Below, piece after piece: positions 31,192 to 32,000 of a stretch of 32,000 bases of DNA (position 1 is its first letter; each line of letters starts with the position of its first letter). Source of the DNA: Synechococcus sp. A15-24. Its GTDB lineage: Bacteria > Cyanobacteriota > Cyanobacteriia > PCC-6307 > Cyanobiaceae. The translations under genes were made by a program, and so were the position numbers. The notes below the pieces were generated by a model. The model was not told the DNA's origin, ran no database searches, and saw only the letters and a program-made list of their open reading frames with translations. The DNA is taken from the NCBI RefSeq assembly GCF_014280195.1, contig NZ_CP047960.1, forward strand, positions 1,680,001 through 1,712,000, written 5' to 3'.

Positions 31192-32000
31192 TCAGAGGGC
31201 GGCGGAGCGCAACCAGTCGTGACGTGGATTCTCGGAGCGTTGCTCGCGCAACTTGTTCAGCAACTCCTGTTCGTCTGCAGTCCAGGACGACGGCATCTTC
31301 AAAGCCAGGGTCAACAGCAGATCGCCGCGACGTCCTTTCAGAGGCCAACCCTTTCCTTTCAAGCGCAAACTTCGACCGGGAGCCGTACCAGCTGGAATCG
31401 ACACCTGCGCTTCGCCATCAGGGGTCATCACTGTGACGGTGGCTCCAAGAGCCAACTCATCGAGGCTGACCGGGAGATCCGCCTGGAGCTGCTCTCCATC
31501 CAGCCTCCAGACCGAATGCTCCTTCACATTGAGGTTGAGGTAGAGATCCCCCCGGCGCCCAGTACCAGGCTGCAGATTGCCCTTCCCCTTGAGGCGCAGG
31601 CGCGAACCGTTCTTCACCCCGGCAGGGATGCGTACCTGAACCCGTTCGTTGTTCACCGACAGAGCACGCTCAGTGCCGCGAAAGGCTTCTGCGAATGAAA
31701 TGCTCACGGTTGCTTCTGCATCCAGATTCACTGGAGTGCGAGCTGCTGCATTCCCCCTAGGGAACCCTCCACCAGGAAAACCACCGCCTGGAAAACCACC
31801 ACCAGGGAAGCCGCTGCCCTGAAAGCCACCAGCTCCAGCTGGACCGCCGAACCGACCGAGAAGATCGTTGATGAAATCGTCGAAGTTGCCGTACCGACCG
31901 AAATCCACATCCATGCCCGGCCCCGCTCCACCCGAAGCACCGGCCTGATTCCAGTACTGGCCGAATTGTTCATAACGACGACGCTTGTCGGGGTCCGACA
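31192..32000 (-). CDS. DnaJ-family co-chaperone lacking the Zn-finger (CbpA/class II-like), C-terminal part; the J domain lies beyond the right edge
   Basis: The frame stays open to position 32000 upstream of the track Met (...SDPDKRRRYEQFGQYWNQAGASGGAGPG MDVDF...). This is the end of a J domain followed by a G/F-rich linker (GFPGGGFPGGGFPGGGFP) and two DnaJ C-terminal beta domains. There is no CxxCxGxG. Confidence 0.85.
   Translation of the reverse strand, partial: SDPDKRRRYEQFGQYWNQAGASGGAGPGMDVDFGRYGNFDDFINDLLGRFGGPAGAGGFQGSGFPGGGFPGGGFPGGGFPRGNAAARTPVNLDAEATVSISFAEAFRGTERALSVNNERVQVRIPAGVKNGSRLRLKGKGNLQPGTGRRGDLYLNLNVKEHSVWRLDGEQLQADLPVSLDELALGATVTVMTPDGEAQVSIPAGTAPGRSLRLKGKGWPLKGRRGDLLLTLALKMPSSWTADEQELLNKLREQRSENPRHDWLRSAAL

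Noticed and set aside
31756-31830. Tandem ~12-nt periodic repeat
   Set aside because: It encodes the GFPGGGFPGGGFPGGGFP Gly/Phe-rich linker of the DnaJ-type protein. This is a normal feature of the family, not a CRISPR array or a satellite.

Overview
This is a high-GC cyanobacterial chromosome segment. Gene content and order are: glycine-betaine methyltransferases divergent from proVWX, then a psbA copy, CP12, obg, a MalK-like ATPase, mutS2, hemB and a DnaJ-type chaperone. This looks like an open-ocean marine Synechococcus. From memory, WH8102 has this gbmt2-gbmt1 / proVWX / psbA layout, but I cannot verify that here. The most interesting part is the left 5.8 kb. A tRNA-Arg(TCT) gene (251-324) is followed by a ~5.4 kb AT-richer insertion. 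The insertion is bounded by a perfect 43-bp direct repeat of the tRNA 3' part (280-322 and 5722-5764). It carries an apparently intact tyrosine recombinase, an excisionase-like HTH protein, a 390-aa protein with three Zn-binding repeats plus a GIY-YIG/T5orf172-like C-terminus, and a translationally coupled set of small coiled-coil ORFs of unknown function. It also carries a network of phased GTGCGCAGA sites at both ends and in the middle. I read it as a small, probably recently integrated element (tycheposon-like or satellite-like). The stretch from 5765 to about 8640 is a patchy accessory zone of small ORFs. It is followed by an RTX/serralysin-like metalloprotease, an SPFH protein and a DUF389 gene that appears to be broken by one in-frame stop and two frameshifts. 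The rest is ordinary core metabolism. Notable details there are a CRP-like palindrome in the gbmt/proV divergent promoter region, an E130 (D1:2-type) psbA with structured UTRs, and a CP12 that has only the C-terminal Cys pair. I saw no rRNA genes or CRISPR arrays. Many long ORFs in the track are antisense shadows of real genes in GC-rich DNA and were rejected.
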